NCBI GenBank assembly: GCA_963620725.1
Contig: CAVFBU010000002.1
Coordinates: 1 to 53,701 of the forward strand
Direction: 5' to 3'
DNA: 53,701 nt
From: Vescimonas coprocola
GTDB taxonomy: Bacteria > Bacteroidota > Bacteroidia > Bacteroidales > Bacteroidaceae
This document shows positions 1 to 11,772 of this stretch, piece after piece. A program made the position numbers and the translations under genes. How positions within the stretch are numbered: position 1 is the stretch's first letter; each line of letters starts with the position of its first letter. Under the pieces are notes generated by a model. That model made no database searches. It saw only the letters and a program-made list of their open reading frames with translations, and was not told the origin of the DNA.

Positions 1-2
1 TC

Positions 3-221
3 CTTCCCGCTTCGGGCTACAAAACCGGCACGAGTGTCACAGGACAAGGGGAAAATGGTGGACAAGGTCTCTATTGGTCCAGTTCGTTCGGCATGGCCAA
101 CACCTCATCTGCCTACCTCCTCAAGTTCGTTTCTAACTCCGAACTCTCCTGCCCCGTTACCGAATGTTACACCGGTTGTACCATCCGCGCCGTCGTAGAC
201 AAGCCGACAACCTTGGAATAG
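3..221 (+). CDS. 3' end of a gene running in from the left edge; C-terminal domain resembling the Fib_succ_major/DUF1566 (C-type-lectin-like) fold
   Basis: Manual translation of frame 3: LPASGYKTG...GLYWSSS...AYLLKF...CYTGCTIRAV...LE*, matching the Bacteroidales 'FLPAaG...GxYWSS...AxxLxF...GxsVRpV' pattern. Stop TAG at 219-221. Confidence 0.65.
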   Translation, partial: LPASGYKTGTSVTGQGENGGQGLYWSSSFGMANTSSAYLLKFVSNSELSCPVTECYTGCTIRAVVDKPTTLE

Positions 222-245
222 TCAGAATCGACACCCTCGTTTTTC

Positions 246-287
246 ATTTCCCTGCCCAGAGAAAAATTTTTCTCTCGGCAGGGAAAT
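246..287. terminator. Long palindrome, probable intrinsic terminator or REP-like hairpin
   Basis: ATTTCCCTGCC-C-AGAGAAAAA/TTTTTCTCT-C-GGCAGGGAAAT followed by a T-run, just after the stop at 221. Confidence 0.7.
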
Positions 288-390
288 ATTTTTTTTCAAT
301 AATCGGCCCTGGCATAAAAGAAAGAACCTTGAATCATTCTACGAAGAAAAGAAAAAACGGCTTTTTCTTTGTATTCTGCCCACTTATTCG

Positions 391-398
391 TAACTTTG
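391..398 (+). promoter_or_regulatory. Bacteroidetes -7 promoter element (TAnnTTTG) for tig
   Basis: TAACTTTG about 50 nt upstream of the tig ATG. Confidence 0.7.
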
Positions 399-445
399 CA
401 CGCTCAAAACGGTATATAATATAATTAATAAGGTATAAACGAGAG

Positions 446-1804
446 ATGAATATTTCATTTGAGGCTCCCGACAAAATCAACGGTCAGATGACCCTTGTCG
501 TGGAGAAAGAAGACTACCAGACAGAGGTAGAGAAGACGCTGAAGGACTATCGCAAGCGCGCGAACGTGCCCGGATTCCGCCCGGGACAGACTCCCATGGG
601 ATTAATCAAACGCCAGTACGGCACGGCCGTCAAGGTGGATGTGGTCAACAAGATGCTGGGAGAGAAGCTCTACGAATACGTCCGCGAGAACAAGATACAG
701 ATGCTTGGTGAGCCGCTCAACAGCGACAAACAGAAGGATCTCGACTTCGAGGGCGATGGACCGCTGGAGTTCGTGTTCGACATCGCTGTGGCTCCCGAGT
801 TCCAGGCCAACCTCACCGGGAAAGACAAGATAGACTATTACAACATCACCGTTGACGACAAGTTGATTGACCAGCAGGTGGAGATGTACCAGCAGCGTGG
901 CGGCAGCTACGAGAAGGTGGAGCAGTTTGATGCCGAACAGCGCGATATGCTGCACGGAGACCTGCGCGAGCTGGACGAAAACGGCAACGCCAAGGAAGGC
1001 GGCATTGCTGTTGACGCTGCCATGCTCATGCCCCAATACATCAAGGACGACCAGAAGAAGCTCTTCGAGGGTGCAAAGACGGGCGACGTCATTACGTGGA
1101 ATCCCCGCAAGGCATTCCCTGACAACGATACAGAGATCTCGTCGCTGCTGAAAATCAAGAAAGAGGAAGTGGCCGAACACACCGGCGACTTCACCTATCA
1201 GATTACCGAGATTTCCCGATACACCAAAGCACCGGTAGACCAGAATCTCTTCAGCCAGGTGTTCGGTGACGAGGTGAAGGACGAAAAGACGTTCCGTCAG
1301 AAGATTGCCGACCAGATCCGTGCCCAGTTCCAGCAGGATTCCGACTATAAGTTCCTGCTTGATGTGCGCAAGCACATGGAGAAGAAGGTAGGCAAGCTGG
1401 AGTTCCCGGAGGCACTGCTCAAGCGCGTGATGCTCAACAACAACAAGGACAAGGGCGAGGACTTCGTGGAGAAGAATTTCGAGGCCAGCATCAAAGAACT
1501 CGAATGGCACCTTATCAAGGAAAAACTCGTGGAGGCTCAGGGCATCAAGGTGGACGATGCCGACCTTAAGTCCGTGGCCAAGGAAGCTGCCCGCGTTCAG
1601 TTCGCCCAGTATGGAATGGCGAACATACCCGAAGAGTACCTCGACAACTACGCTGCCGAGATGCTGAAGAAGCGCGAGCACGTGGACGGACTCGTAGACC
1701 GGGCCGTCGATGTGAAGCTCACCGCAGCCCTGAAAGGTGTGGTGAAACTCAATGAAAAAGAGATTTCGATGGAGGACTTCCAGAAGATGCTGAAGGACAA
1801 ATAA
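446..1804 (+). CDS. tig: Trigger factor
   Basis: Ribosome-binding signature VPGFRPG; 452 aa; precedes clpP-clpX. Confidence 0.96.
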   Translation: MNISFEAPDKINGQMTLVVEKEDYQTEVEKTLKDYRKRANVPGFRPGQTPMGLIKRQYGTAVKVDVVNKMLGEKLYEYVRENKIQMLGEPLNSDKQKDLDFEGDGPLEFVFDIAVAPEFQANLTGKDKIDYYNITVDDKLIDQQVEMYQQRGGSYEKVEQFDAEQRDMLHGDLRELDENGNAKEGGIAVDAAMLMPQYIKDDQKKLFEGAKTGDVITWNPRKAFPDNDTEISSLLKIKKEEVAEHTGDFTYQITEISRYTKAPVDQNLFSQVFGDEVKDEKTFRQKIADQIRAQFQQDSDYKFLLDVRKHMEKKVGKLEFPEALLKRVMLNNNKDKGEDFVEKNFEASIKELEWHLIKEKLVEAQGIKVDDADLKSVAKEAARVQFAQYGMANIPEEYLDNYAAEMLKKREHVDGLVDRAVDVKLTAALKGVVKLNEKEISMEDFQKMLKDK

Positions 1805-1835
1805 GCATTTTTAAGAAAAAAACCTCATAAAACCT

Positions 1836-1903
1836 GTGGGGTTACCAACTTTTTTTCGTAATTTTGTATCTACAATTCGCGCAAAAAGGGTTGGTAACCC
1901 CAC
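1836..1903. repeat. 14-bp perfect inverted repeat enclosing the clpP promoter; terminator-like
   Basis: GTGGGGTTACCAAC (1836-1849) / GTTGGTAACCCCAC (1890-1903). TAATTTTG at 1859-1866 lies between the arms; a T-run follows. Confidence 0.8.
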
Positions 1904-1930
1904 TCTTTTTTGTGTCAAACCAATAAAACA

Positions 1931-2599
1931 ATGAACAACGATTTTAGGAAATATGCTACCAAGCATTTAGGCATCAACGGCCTTGTACTGGACGAGGTGA
2001 TGAGCACACAGGCACAGTATCTGAATCCCTACATCCTTGAGGAACGGCAGTTGAACGTGACCCAGATGGACGTGTTCTCGCGACTGATGATGGACCGCAT
2101 CATCTTTCTCGGCACGCAGATTGACGACTATACGGCAAACACGCTACAGGCGCAGCTGCTCTATCTGGACTCTGTGGACAGTGGGAAGGACATCAGCATC
2201 TACCTCAACTCGCCGGGCGGCAGTGTGACGGCAGGACTGGGCATCTACGACACCATGCAGTTCATCTCTTCCGACGTGGCCACCATCTGTACGGGAATGG
2301 CCGCCTCCATGGCCGCCGTGCTCCTCGTGGCAGGTACTGAAGGCAAGCGTTCGGCGCTGCCCCACAGCCGCGTGATGATCCACCAGCCGCTGGGCGGTGT
2401 ACAGGGACAGGCTTCCGACATTGAGATTGAAGCCAAGGAAATCATGAAATTCAAGAAAGAACTCTATACCATTATCTCCAACCACTCGCATACCCCCTAC
2501 GACAAGGTGTGGGCCGACTCCGACCGTAACTACTGGATGACGGCGGAAGAGGCCAAGGAATACGGTATGATAGACAATGTATTGGCCAGGAAAGTATGA
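1931..2599 (+). CDS. clpP: ATP-dependent Clp protease proteolytic subunit
   Basis: [17 protein letters not shown] (catalytic Ser) and RVMIHQP motifs. ATG at 1931 after an A-rich leader. Confidence 0.97.
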   Translation: MNNDFRKYATKHLGINGLVLDEVMSTQAQYLNPYILEERQLNVTQMDVFSRLMMDRIIFLGTQIDDYTANTLQAQLLYLDSVDSGKDISIYLNSPGGSVTAGLGIYDTMQFISSDVATICTGMAASMAAVLLVAGTEGKRSALPHSRVMIHQPLGGVQGQASDIEIEAKEIMKFKKELYTIISNHSHTPYDKVWADSDRNYWMTAEEAKEYGMIDNVLARKV

Positions 2600-3810
2600 A
2601 GAAACAATGTAATTTCTGCGGACGTTCGGAGCGCGAAGTACCGATATTGATTACGGGTATTCACGGTTGCATCTGTGGCGACTGCGTGGCACAGGCCTAC
2701 CAGGTGTTGCAGGCCAACGGACTGAGTCCAGAGACGACAGAGAAGGGAACCGCGCCGCAGCTGAAGAAAGTGCCCAAGCCGAAGGACATCAAGAAATATC
2801 TCGACGAGTACATCATCGGGCAGGATGAAGCCAAGCGTTACCTCTCCGTGGCCGTCTACAACCACTACAAGCGTCTGCAGCAGCCTGTGGACAAGAATGG
2901 TGTGGAGATAGAAAAGAGCAACATCATCATGGTGGGTTCCACCGGCACCGGTAAGACGCTGCTGGCGCGAACCATTGCCAAACTCCTCGACGTGCCCTTC
3001 ACCATCGTTGACGCTACGGTGTTTACCGAGGCCGGCTATGTGGGCGAGGACGTGGAGAGCATCCTCTCGCGGCTGCTGCAGGTGGCCGACTACAATGTGG
3101 AGGCTGCCCAGCGAGGCATCGTCTTCATTGACGAGATTGACAAGATTGCGCGTAAAAGCGACAACCCCAGCATCACGCGAGACGTGAGCGGCGAGGGTGT
3201 GCAGCAAGGACTGCTCAAGCTGTTGGAGGGAACGATGGTCAACGTACCGCCCCAGGGTGGTCGCAAGCATCCGGACCAGGAGTACATCCACGTGGACACC
3301 CGTAACATCCTGTTTATCTGTGGCGGAGCCTTCGACGGCATTGAGCGCAAAATCGCCCAGCGGCTCAACACGCACGTGGTGGGCTACAACTCGGTGCAGA
3401 ACGTGCGCAAGATTGACAAGGGCGACTTGATGAAATACGTGTTGCCACAAGACCTAAAGTCGTTCGGTCTGATTCCTGAAATCATCGGACGACTGCCCGT
3501 GCTGACCTACCTCAATCCCCTTGACCGGGAGGCCCTGGAGAAGATACTGGTAGAACCCAAGAACTCGATTATCAAGCAATATGAAAAGCTGTTCGAGATG
3601 GACGGCATCACACTGACCTTCTCGCCCGAAGCCTTGAAACTCATCGTGGACAAAGCCATGGAGTACAAGCTCGGTGCCCGCGGTCTGCGCTCCATCGTAG
3701 AGTCCATCATGATGGATGCTATGTTTGAAATCCCATCGAAACGGACGAAATCCTTTGAGGTGACCGAAGCATACGCCCAACAGCAGCTTGACAAGTCACA
3801 TTTACAGTAA
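2596..3810 (+). CDS. clpX: ATP-dependent Clp protease ATP-binding subunit
   Basis: N-terminal C4 zinc finger (CNFC...CGDC), Walker [25 protein letters not shown]. Confidence 0.97.
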   Translation: MKKQCNFCGRSEREVPILITGIHGCICGDCVAQAYQVLQANGLSPETTEKGTAPQLKKVPKPKDIKKYLDEYIIGQDEAKRYLSVAVYNHYKRLQQPVDKNGVEIEKSNIIMVGSTGTGKTLLARTIAKLLDVPFTIVDATVFTEAGYVGEDVESILSRLLQVADYNVEAAQRGIVFIDEIDKIARKSDNPSITRDVSGEGVQQGLLKLLEGTMVNVPPQGGRKHPDQEYIHVDTRNILFICGGAFDGIERKIAQRLNTHVVGYNSVQNVRKIDKGDLMKYVLPQDLKSFGLIPEIIGRLPVLTYLNPLDREALEKILVEPKNSIIKQYEKLFEMDGITLTFSPEALKLIVDKAMEYKLGARGLRSIVESIMMDAMFEIPSKRTKSFEVTEAYAQQQLDKSHLQ

Positions 3811-3824
3811 CTAAGCCTATCGCA

Positions 3825-5999
3825 ATGGATGTCAACCTTACCCAAGCACTCAGAAAGTATTTTGGCTTCAACCAATTCAAAGGTGACCAGGAGCGCATCA
3901 TCCGCAACCTGTTGGACGGCAACGACACCTTCGTGCTGATGCCTACCGGTGGCGGCAAGTCGCTGTGTTACCAACTGCCATCGTTGCTGATGGACGGGAC
4001 GGCCATCGTCATCTCGCCCCTCATCGCATTGATGAAGAACCAGGTGGACGCCATCAGCATGATGAGTGAGGAGGGTACGGCACATTACCTTAATTCATCG
4101 CTTAACAAGACGGCCACCGACCTTGTGAAGGCTGACATCCGTGCAGGAAAGACCAAGTTGCTCTATGTCGCCCCGGAATCGCTCACCAAGGAGGAAAACG
4201 TGAATTTCCTCCGGCAGACGAAGATTTCCTTTTATGCGATAGACGAAGCCCATTGTATCTCGGAATGGGGACACGACTTCCGTCCCGAATATCGACGCAT
4301 CCGACCCATCATCAACCAGATTGGCGAGGCTCCCATCATCGCACTCACCGCTACGGCGACCGACAAGGTGCGGACGGACATTAAGAAGAACCTCGGCATC
4401 AGTGATGCTATGGAGTTCAAAAGCTCGTTCAACCGCCCCAACCTCTACTATGAAATACGCAACAAAACCAAGGATGTGGACAAGGACATCATCAAGTTCA
4501 TCAAACAACATCCGGGAAAGAGCGGCATCATCTATTGCCTGTCGCGCAAGAAGGTGGAGGAACTGGCGGAAATCCTGCGTGCCAACGACATCAAGGCCAT
4601 GGCCTATCATGCTGGACTGGAGTCGGCGCTGCGCTCCCAGACGCAGGACGATTTCCTGATGGAGAAGACCGACGTCATCGTGGCCACCATCGCCTTCGGT
4701 ATGGGTATCGACAAGCCGGACGTGCGTTTTGTCATCCATTACGACATTCCCAAATCGCTGGAAGGCTACTACCAGGAAACCGGACGAGCCGGACGCGACG
4801 GCGGCGAAGGGCTGTGCATCGCCTTCTACTCCCGGAAGGATCTGCAGAAGTTGGATAAGTTTATGGAGGGAAAGCCCGTGGCGGAACAGGACATCGGGCG
4901 GCAGCTACTGCGGGAAACGGCAGCCTATGCCGAGACCTCGGTGTGCCGCCGTAAGATGCTGCTCCACTATTTCGGCGAGACCTATCCGGAAGCCAATTGT
5001 CACAACTGCGACAACTGTCTGCATCCGAAAGAAAAGATTGAAGCACAGGAGCAACTGGCCGTGCTGCTGCGCACGCTGATAGCCGTTAAGGAGAACTTCC
5101 GTGCTGACTATGTCATCGACTTCATCACGGGACGGGAAACGGAAGAGATACTGGCGCACAAGCACCAGGAACACGAATTGTTCGGGGCTGGTGAGGATAT
5201 GAACAGCAAGCGGTGGAACCCGATTATCCGACAGGCACTTCTCGCGGGGTACATCCAGAAAGACGTAGAAAACTATGGTCTGCTGAAGGTGACGGCTGCC
5301 GGAAAGAGGTTCTTGAAGAAGCCCGAGCCGTTTATGATCGTTGAGGACAAGGACTTTGACGAAGACTATGAGAACGCATCGGAACATGACGGGATGATGT
5401 CTGCGCTGGACCCAACGCTCAGTGCGATGTTGAAGGAGCTGCGCAAGAAGGTGGCTCAGAAAATGGAGCGTCCACCCTATGTAATATTCCAGGATGTGAG
5501 CATCGAACAGATGGCCACGGACTATCCCGTCACGCTGGAAGAACTCAAGAACATACAAGGTGTGGGCGAGGGGAAGGTCAAACAACCCTATGCCAAAGAG
5601 TTTGTAGACTTGATTGCCAAATACTGCACGGAAAACGAAATCACGCGGCAAACCGACCTTCGCGTCCGCACCGTGGCCAAGAAGTCCATGCTGAAGGTGA
5701 AGATCATACAGGCCATTGACAGACAGGTGGCACTGGACGATATCGCCAATGCCCAGGGACTGGAGTTCGGAGAACTGCTGGACGAGGTGGAGGCTATTGT
5801 CTACAGTGGGACGCGGCTGAACATCGACTATTTCCTCGACGAGGTAATGGACGAAGACCATCTCGACGACATCTACGACTATTTCTCCGACAGCGAGACG
5901 GACTCCTTAGAGGCCGCCATCCAGGAACTGGGTGCAGAATGTACGGAGGATGAAATCCGCCTGGTGCGCATCAAGTTTATCAGTGAGATGGCAAACTGA
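3825..5999 (+). CDS. recQ: ATP-dependent DNA helicase RecQ
   Basis: MPTGGGKSLCYQLP, DEAHCISEWGHDFRP, QETGRAGRDG, zinc-binding cysteines, HRDC-like region. Confidence 0.96.
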   Translation: MDVNLTQALRKYFGFNQFKGDQERIIRNLLDGNDTFVLMPTGGGKSLCYQLPSLLMDGTAIVISPLIALMKNQVDAISMMSEEGTAHYLNSSLNKTATDLVKADIRAGKTKLLYVAPESLTKEENVNFLRQTKISFYAIDEAHCISEWGHDFRPEYRRIRPIINQIGEAPIIALTATATDKVRTDIKKNLGISDAMEFKSSFNRPNLYYEIRNKTKDVDKDIIKFIKQHPGKSGIIYCLSRKKVEELAEILRANDIKAMAYHAGLESALRSQTQDDFLMEKTDVIVATIAFGMGIDKPDVRFVIHYDIPKSLEGYYQETGRAGRDGGEGLCIAFYSRKDLQKLDKFMEGKPVAEQDIGRQLLRETAAYAETSVCRRKMLLHYFGETYPEANCHNCDNCLHPKEKIEAQEQLAVLLRTLIAVKENFRADYVIDFITGRETEEILAHKHQEHELFGAGEDMNSKRWNPIIRQALLAGYIQKDVENYGLLKVTAAGKRFLKKPEPFMIVEDKDFDEDYENASEHDGMMSALDPTLSAMLKELRKKVAQKMERPPYVIFQDVSIEQMATDYPVTLEELKNIQGVGEGKVKQPYAKEFVDLIAKYCTENEITRQTDLRVRTVAKKSMLKVKIIQAIDRQVALDDIANAQGLEFGELLDEVEAIVYSGTRLNIDYFLDEVMDEDHLDDIYDYFSDSETDSLEAAIQELGAECTEDEIRLVRIKFISEMAN

Positions 6000-6070
6000 C
6001 CCCACTGACCCCACTGCGTTAAATCGTATTAATAATCGGTGAAACCCTTGTCGGTGTGGGAAAAAATAAG

Positions 6071-6078
6071 TAATTTTG
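6071..6078 (+). promoter_or_regulatory. -7 promoter element for the guaB operon
   Basis: TAATTTTG upstream of ATG 6107. Confidence 0.7.
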
Positions 6079-6088
6079 CACGCAATAA

Positions 6089-7588
<1,500 letters not shown>

Positions 7589-7589
7589 G

Positions 7590-8744
7590 ATGGTACAGCG
7601 GCTGTTGCTTGCACTCCTGATGATGCCTGTCACCGCGATGGTGCAGGCACAGACTGACCCGACGCTGCTGACGATTGGCGACACGGCTGTGAAGCGTTCC
7701 GAGTTTGTGCAGGCATACCGCGCATACTGCAGCGCAACCGTCGATGAGCCTTGTGGTACGGATGAATTTCTGGAGATGTATGTCAACAACCGATTAAAGG
7801 TGATGGCCGCCAAGGCCTTACGGATTGACACCACGTCAGCGTTTAGGAGTCTTCTCGCCTCCGAGGTGTGTCACCACCAGACAGCGCAGCATGAAAGTGA
7901 CCGTGACCGTGTCCAAGGCGAGCCGTCCGATGCGGATTTTCGCCGGATAGCGCAATGCAATGGCGCGGACGAAGAGGTGGTGAACCTGTCCCAGATTTTC
8001 CTGAAGGTGCGTCAACGGGGGTATCGCCACGAACTGCAACAGGCAGGTCTGCGTGCCGACTCCGTCTATCGCGTCCTGCAGCAAGGCGGCGATTTCGCAT
8101 CACTGGCCAGCAAGGTGTCGCAGGACGAGGCCTCTGCCGCACGCGGCGGACAGATGGGATGGTATGGACATCACCAACTATTAAAGGAGATGGAAGACGA
8201 GGCCTTTAGCCTGCAATGCGGAAGGTACAGCCGACCAATCCTCGCCGCTGACGGCTACCACATCCTGTTGCTGAACGACAGGAAAATGGTGGGCACATTC
8301 CCGGGACTGGAGCAGTGGCAGGCCTCCGAACGGACGAGACAACAGCTGGTGCGCAGCGTTTCTGTCCCGTCCCGTGAGATCAGTGCGACAACTGCCAGAC
8401 GGAGACTGGGTGAAAAAAAAGACTTGTCCCGGACGGCAGCCTTGCCATCGCTGGTTGACAAGGAGGTCTATGAAGCGTTGCTGCTCCGTGTCCTGTCCGA
8501 GCAGTCGCCAGCCAGACAAGCTGCTGCCGACGAAACGGCTATGGCTCGGTATTTCAAGAAACACAAGAAGAAGTATCGCCGGAAGGGGTTCAAGCCCAAG
8601 CGTTACACGGAGGTGGAAGAGCAGGTGGCCCACGACCTGTATGTAGAAATGGAAAAACACTGGATAGACGACCTCAAGGAGCAATATCCAGTGACCATCA
8701 ATAAAAAAGTATTCAAAACCATCAAACAAAAATCATTGAAATGA
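7590..8744 (+). CDS. Periplasmic parvulin-type peptidyl-prolyl isomerase (divergent)
   Basis: ATG one base after the guaB stop; signal peptide; DFASLASKVSQD..SAARGGQMG and GYHILLL rotamase motifs. Confidence 0.8.
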   Translation: MVQRLLLALLMMPVTAMVQAQTDPTLLTIGDTAVKRSEFVQAYRAYCSATVDEPCGTDEFLEMYVNNRLKVMAAKALRIDTTSAFRSLLASEVCHHQTAQHESDRDRVQGEPSDADFRRIAQCNGADEEVVNLSQIFLKVRQRGYRHELQQAGLRADSVYRVLQQGGDFASLASKVSQDEASAARGGQMGWYGHHQLLKEMEDEAFSLQCGRYSRPILAADGYHILLLNDRKMVGTFPGLEQWQASERTRQQLVRSVSVPSREISATTARRRLGEKKDLSRTAALPSLVDKEVYEALLLRVLSEQSPARQAAADETAMARYFKKHKKKYRRKGFKPKRYTEVEEQVAHDLYVEMEKHWIDDLKEQYPVTINKKVFKTIKQKSLK

Positions 8745-10114
8745 ACATTCGCAGTATATTATTTACCGCATTGGCATTGGGATGCACGACTTTACAGGCA
8801 ACAACCGCCAACGACAGCATTCCTGCACAGAGCACCGTGGATGAGGTGATATGGGTTGTTGGCGACGAAGCCATCCTCAAGTCGGACGTAGAGGCTACGC
8901 GTTTGCAGGCAGAGCAGCAGGGCACGCGTTGGGAAGGCAACCCCGACTGCGCCATTCCCGAGCAGTTGGCCGTGCAGAAGCTGTTTCTTCATCAGGCTGC
9001 GATTGACAGTATCGAGGTGACGGAGGCACAGATTAGTGCCGGCATTGACCGCCAGATAGAGTATATGATTTCCGTGGTCGGCTCGCGAGAGAAACTGGAG
9101 GAGTACCACAAGAAGAGCATGACGCAGATTCGCAACGAGTTGCGCGACTCCTATCGTGAGAACCAGATGGTGGAGGAGATGAAGAACTCGCTGGTGAAGG
9201 ATATCGCGGTGACCCCCGCCGAGGTGCGCCGCTATTTCAAGGAACTGCCCACAGACAGCATTCCCTTTGTGCCTACCGAGGTGGAGGTGCAGATCATCAC
9301 ACAGACTCCTCGCGTGTCGCAGGACGAAATCAACCGCGTGAAGGGTGAGCTGCGTGAGTACACCGACCGCATCAACAAGGGCGATGCCTCGTTCCAGACC
9401 CTTGCCCGCCTCTATTCCGAAGACCCGGGCAGTGCCCGTCGGGGCGGTGAATTGGGGTTTATGTCGCGCATGGAACTCGACCCGGCCTTTGCTGCCGTGG
9501 CTTTCAATCTGACAGACCCGAAGAAGGTTTCGAAAATCGTGGAGTCTGAATTCGGCTTCCATATCATCCAGTTGGTGGAGAAACGCGGCGAGAAGGCCAA
9601 CGTGCGCCACATCCTGCGCCGTCCGGTGGTTAGTGAAGAAGCCATCACGAAATCGTTGGAACGACTCGACTCCCTGCGCAATGACATCAACGACAATAAG
9701 TTCACCTTCGACCAGGCCGCTTCGGTGCTCTCGGACGACAAGGATACGCGCAACAACAAGGGTGTGATGTTCCACGACGAGATGGGTGTCCGCACCTCAC
9801 GGTTCCAGTTACAGGCCCTGCCCTCGGAGGTTGCCCTTGCCGTGGACGGACTGAAGGACGGCGAGATTTCCAAACCGTTCCAGATGATGAAGAATGGTCG
9901 TACGGTTTGCGCCATCGTTAAGTTGAAACACCGCACCGAAGGCCACAAGGCCACCATCACCGAGGATTTCCAAGTGATGAAGAACGTGGTGCTGGCCAAG
10001 ATGCGCAAGGAGAAGATTCACCAGTGGGTGGTGGAGAAAATCAAGAACACCTACGTCCGCATCAACACCCGCTACCGCGATTGTGATTTTGAATATCAAG
10101 GTTGGATACGATGA
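8741..10114 (+). CDS. surA: SurA-like periplasmic chaperone/PPIase
   Basis: Signal peptide, N-terminal VDEVIWVVGDEAILKSDVE, two rotamase domains (LARLYSEDPGSARRGGELG; ESEFGFHIIQL). Confidence 0.88.
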   Translation: MNIRSILFTALALGCTTLQATTANDSIPAQSTVDEVIWVVGDEAILKSDVEATRLQAEQQGTRWEGNPDCAIPEQLAVQKLFLHQAAIDSIEVTEAQISAGIDRQIEYMISVVGSREKLEEYHKKSMTQIRNELRDSYRENQMVEEMKNSLVKDIAVTPAEVRRYFKELPTDSIPFVPTEVEVQIITQTPRVSQDEINRVKGELREYTDRINKGDASFQTLARLYSEDPGSARRGGELGFMSRMELDPAFAAVAFNLTDPKKVSKIVESEFGFHIIQLVEKRGEKANVRHILRRPVVSEEAITKSLERLDSLRNDINDNKFTFDQAASVLSDDKDTRNNKGVMFHDEMGVRTSRFQLQALPSEVALAVDGLKDGEISKPFQMMKNGRTVCAIVKLKHRTEGHKATITEDFQVMKNVVLAKMRKEKIHQWVVEKIKNTYVRINTRYRDCDFEYQGWIR

Positions 10115-11772
10115 GACTCCGTGCCGTTGCCGTCCTGTTGCTCTGCGTGCTGGGGGTAGGGCTGATTGGTGCTATGCAACCTGCGCGCAAGCGTACGGTG
10201 AGAAGCCGAAAGCCCGCCACCGATACCAAGCGCATCTATTTGGTGCATGCTGACGAGCTGCGTTACAACCAGTATGAGAACGGTGATGCTCAGATTCTGA
10301 CCGGTCATGTCCACTTCCGCCATGCCGGGGCGAACCTCTATTGCGACAGTGCTAACTTCTTCCAGCAGAGCAACTCGTTCGAAGCCTTCGGCCACGTGCG
10401 TATGGTGCAGGGCGACACCCTGCGCCTGAACAGCGACTACGCCTACTACGATGGCAACGAGCAGATTGCACAGGCGCGGTATAATGTGGTGTTGAAACAT
10501 CGCAAGACGACACTGTACACGGACAGTCTGGACTACGACAGGATGTATAGCTTCGGCAATTTCTTCGAGGGCGGAAAACTCGTGGACAACGGCTCTACGC
10601 TGACCAGCGACTGGGGCGAGTACCATACCGACTCAAAGATGGCTATGTTTTATTATGATGTGCGCCTGCGGAACAAGAAATTCTTCCTGACCACCGACTC
10701 CCTTTACTACGACACGCGCCTGTCGCGTGCCCACATCGTAGGGCCGTCGAACATCACCTCGGGAGCCAGCCATATCTACAGCGAGAATGGCTATTACAAT
10801 ACCAAAACGGAGCAGTCGGAACTGTTTGACCGCTCCGTCATGCGCAACCAAGGACGCATGATGGTGGGCGACAGCGTCTACCACGACAGCAAGAACGGAC
10901 TCAGTCATGCCTACAGCAATGTGGTCTATGTTGACTCGGTCAACAAGAACAAGATGACGGGCGACTACTGTGAATACAACGATGAGACGGGCTATGCTAT
11001 GACGACCAAGCGCGCCGTGGCCATCGACTATTCCCAGCGCGACTCCCTGTTTATGCACGCCGACACGTTTAAGGTGTTTACCTTTAACATCAACACCGAC
11101 TCCGTCTACCGTAAGATTCACGCCTACCACAAGGTGCGTGCCTACCGCATTGACGTGCAGGCCGTGTGCGATTCGCTGGTGTATAACTCGCAGGACTCGT
11201 GTATGACCATGTACCATGACCCGATTGTGTGGAACAACAATCAGCAACTCTTCGGTGAGGAAATCCGTGTCTATATGAAGGACTCCACCGTTGACCGTGC
11301 TCATGTGACGGGACAGGCCTTCTCCATTGAGCAGATGCCCGATACCGTCCATTTCAACCAGGTGTCGTCGAAAGAGATGACGGCACTCTTCCGCAACGGT
11401 GAGGTCTATGAAACCGATGCCACGGGCAATGTCTTGATTGTCTATTATCCGATGGACGACTCCGACAGCACGCTCATCGGTCTCAACTATACCGAGACTC
11501 CCAAGCTGCGTATGTTTCTGGAGAACCGCAAGATGAAGAAAATCTGGATGGAAAAGCCAACGGGTGTGCTCTATCCCATGACGCAGATTCCGCCGGCGAA
11601 GTATTTCCTGCCCGGCTATGCTTGGTTTGACTATATACGGCCACTCAACCGCGATGACATCTTTGTGTGGCGCGGCAAGAAAGAAGGACAGCAGCTGAAA
11701 GAGCAGACCCACTACGATGCTCCAAAGCAAGCCCGAAAACCGGAAGGAATACCGAAAGGAGGGCCGCAATGA
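10111..11772 (+). CDS. OstA/LptA-like beta-jellyroll LPS transport protein
   Basis: Repeated LYCDSA/LYTDSLDY/LTTDSLYY beta-jellyroll repeats; conserved position between surA and mutL in Bacteroidales. Confidence 0.82.
   Translation: MRLRAVAVLLLCVLGVGLIGAMQPARKRTVRSRKPATDTKRIYLVHADELRYNQYENGDAQILTGHVHFRHAGANLYCDSANFFQQSNSFEAFGHVRMVQGDTLRLNSDYAYYDGNEQIAQARYNVVLKHRKTTLYTDSLDYDRMYSFGNFFEGGKLVDNGSTLTSDWGEYHTDSKMAMFYYDVRLRNKKFFLTTDSLYYDTRLSRAHIVGPSNITSGASHIYSENGYYNTKTEQSELFDRSVMRNQGRMMVGDSVYHDSKNGLSHAYSNVVYVDSVNKNKMTGDYCEYNDETGYAMTTKRAVAIDYSQRDSLFMHADTFKVFTFNINTDSVYRKIHAYHKVRAYRIDVQAVCDSLVYNSQDSCMTMYHDPIVWNNNQQLFGEEIRVYMKDSTVDRAHVTGQAFSIEQMPDTVHFNQVSSKEMTALFRNGEVYETDATGNVLIVYYPMDDSDSTLIGLNYTETPKLRMFLENRKMKKIWMEKPTGVLYPMTQIPPAKYFLPGYAWFDYIRPLNRDDIFVWRGKKEGQQLKEQTHYDAPKQARKPEGIPKGGPQ

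Noticed and set aside
164..424. 86-aa ORF upstream of tig
   Set aside because: Overlaps the end of the edge gene, a terminator-like hairpin and the tig promoter; no recognisable motif.
5996..6016. CTGACCCCA tandem duplication at the recQ stop
   Set aside because: Two 9-bp copies only; no evident function.
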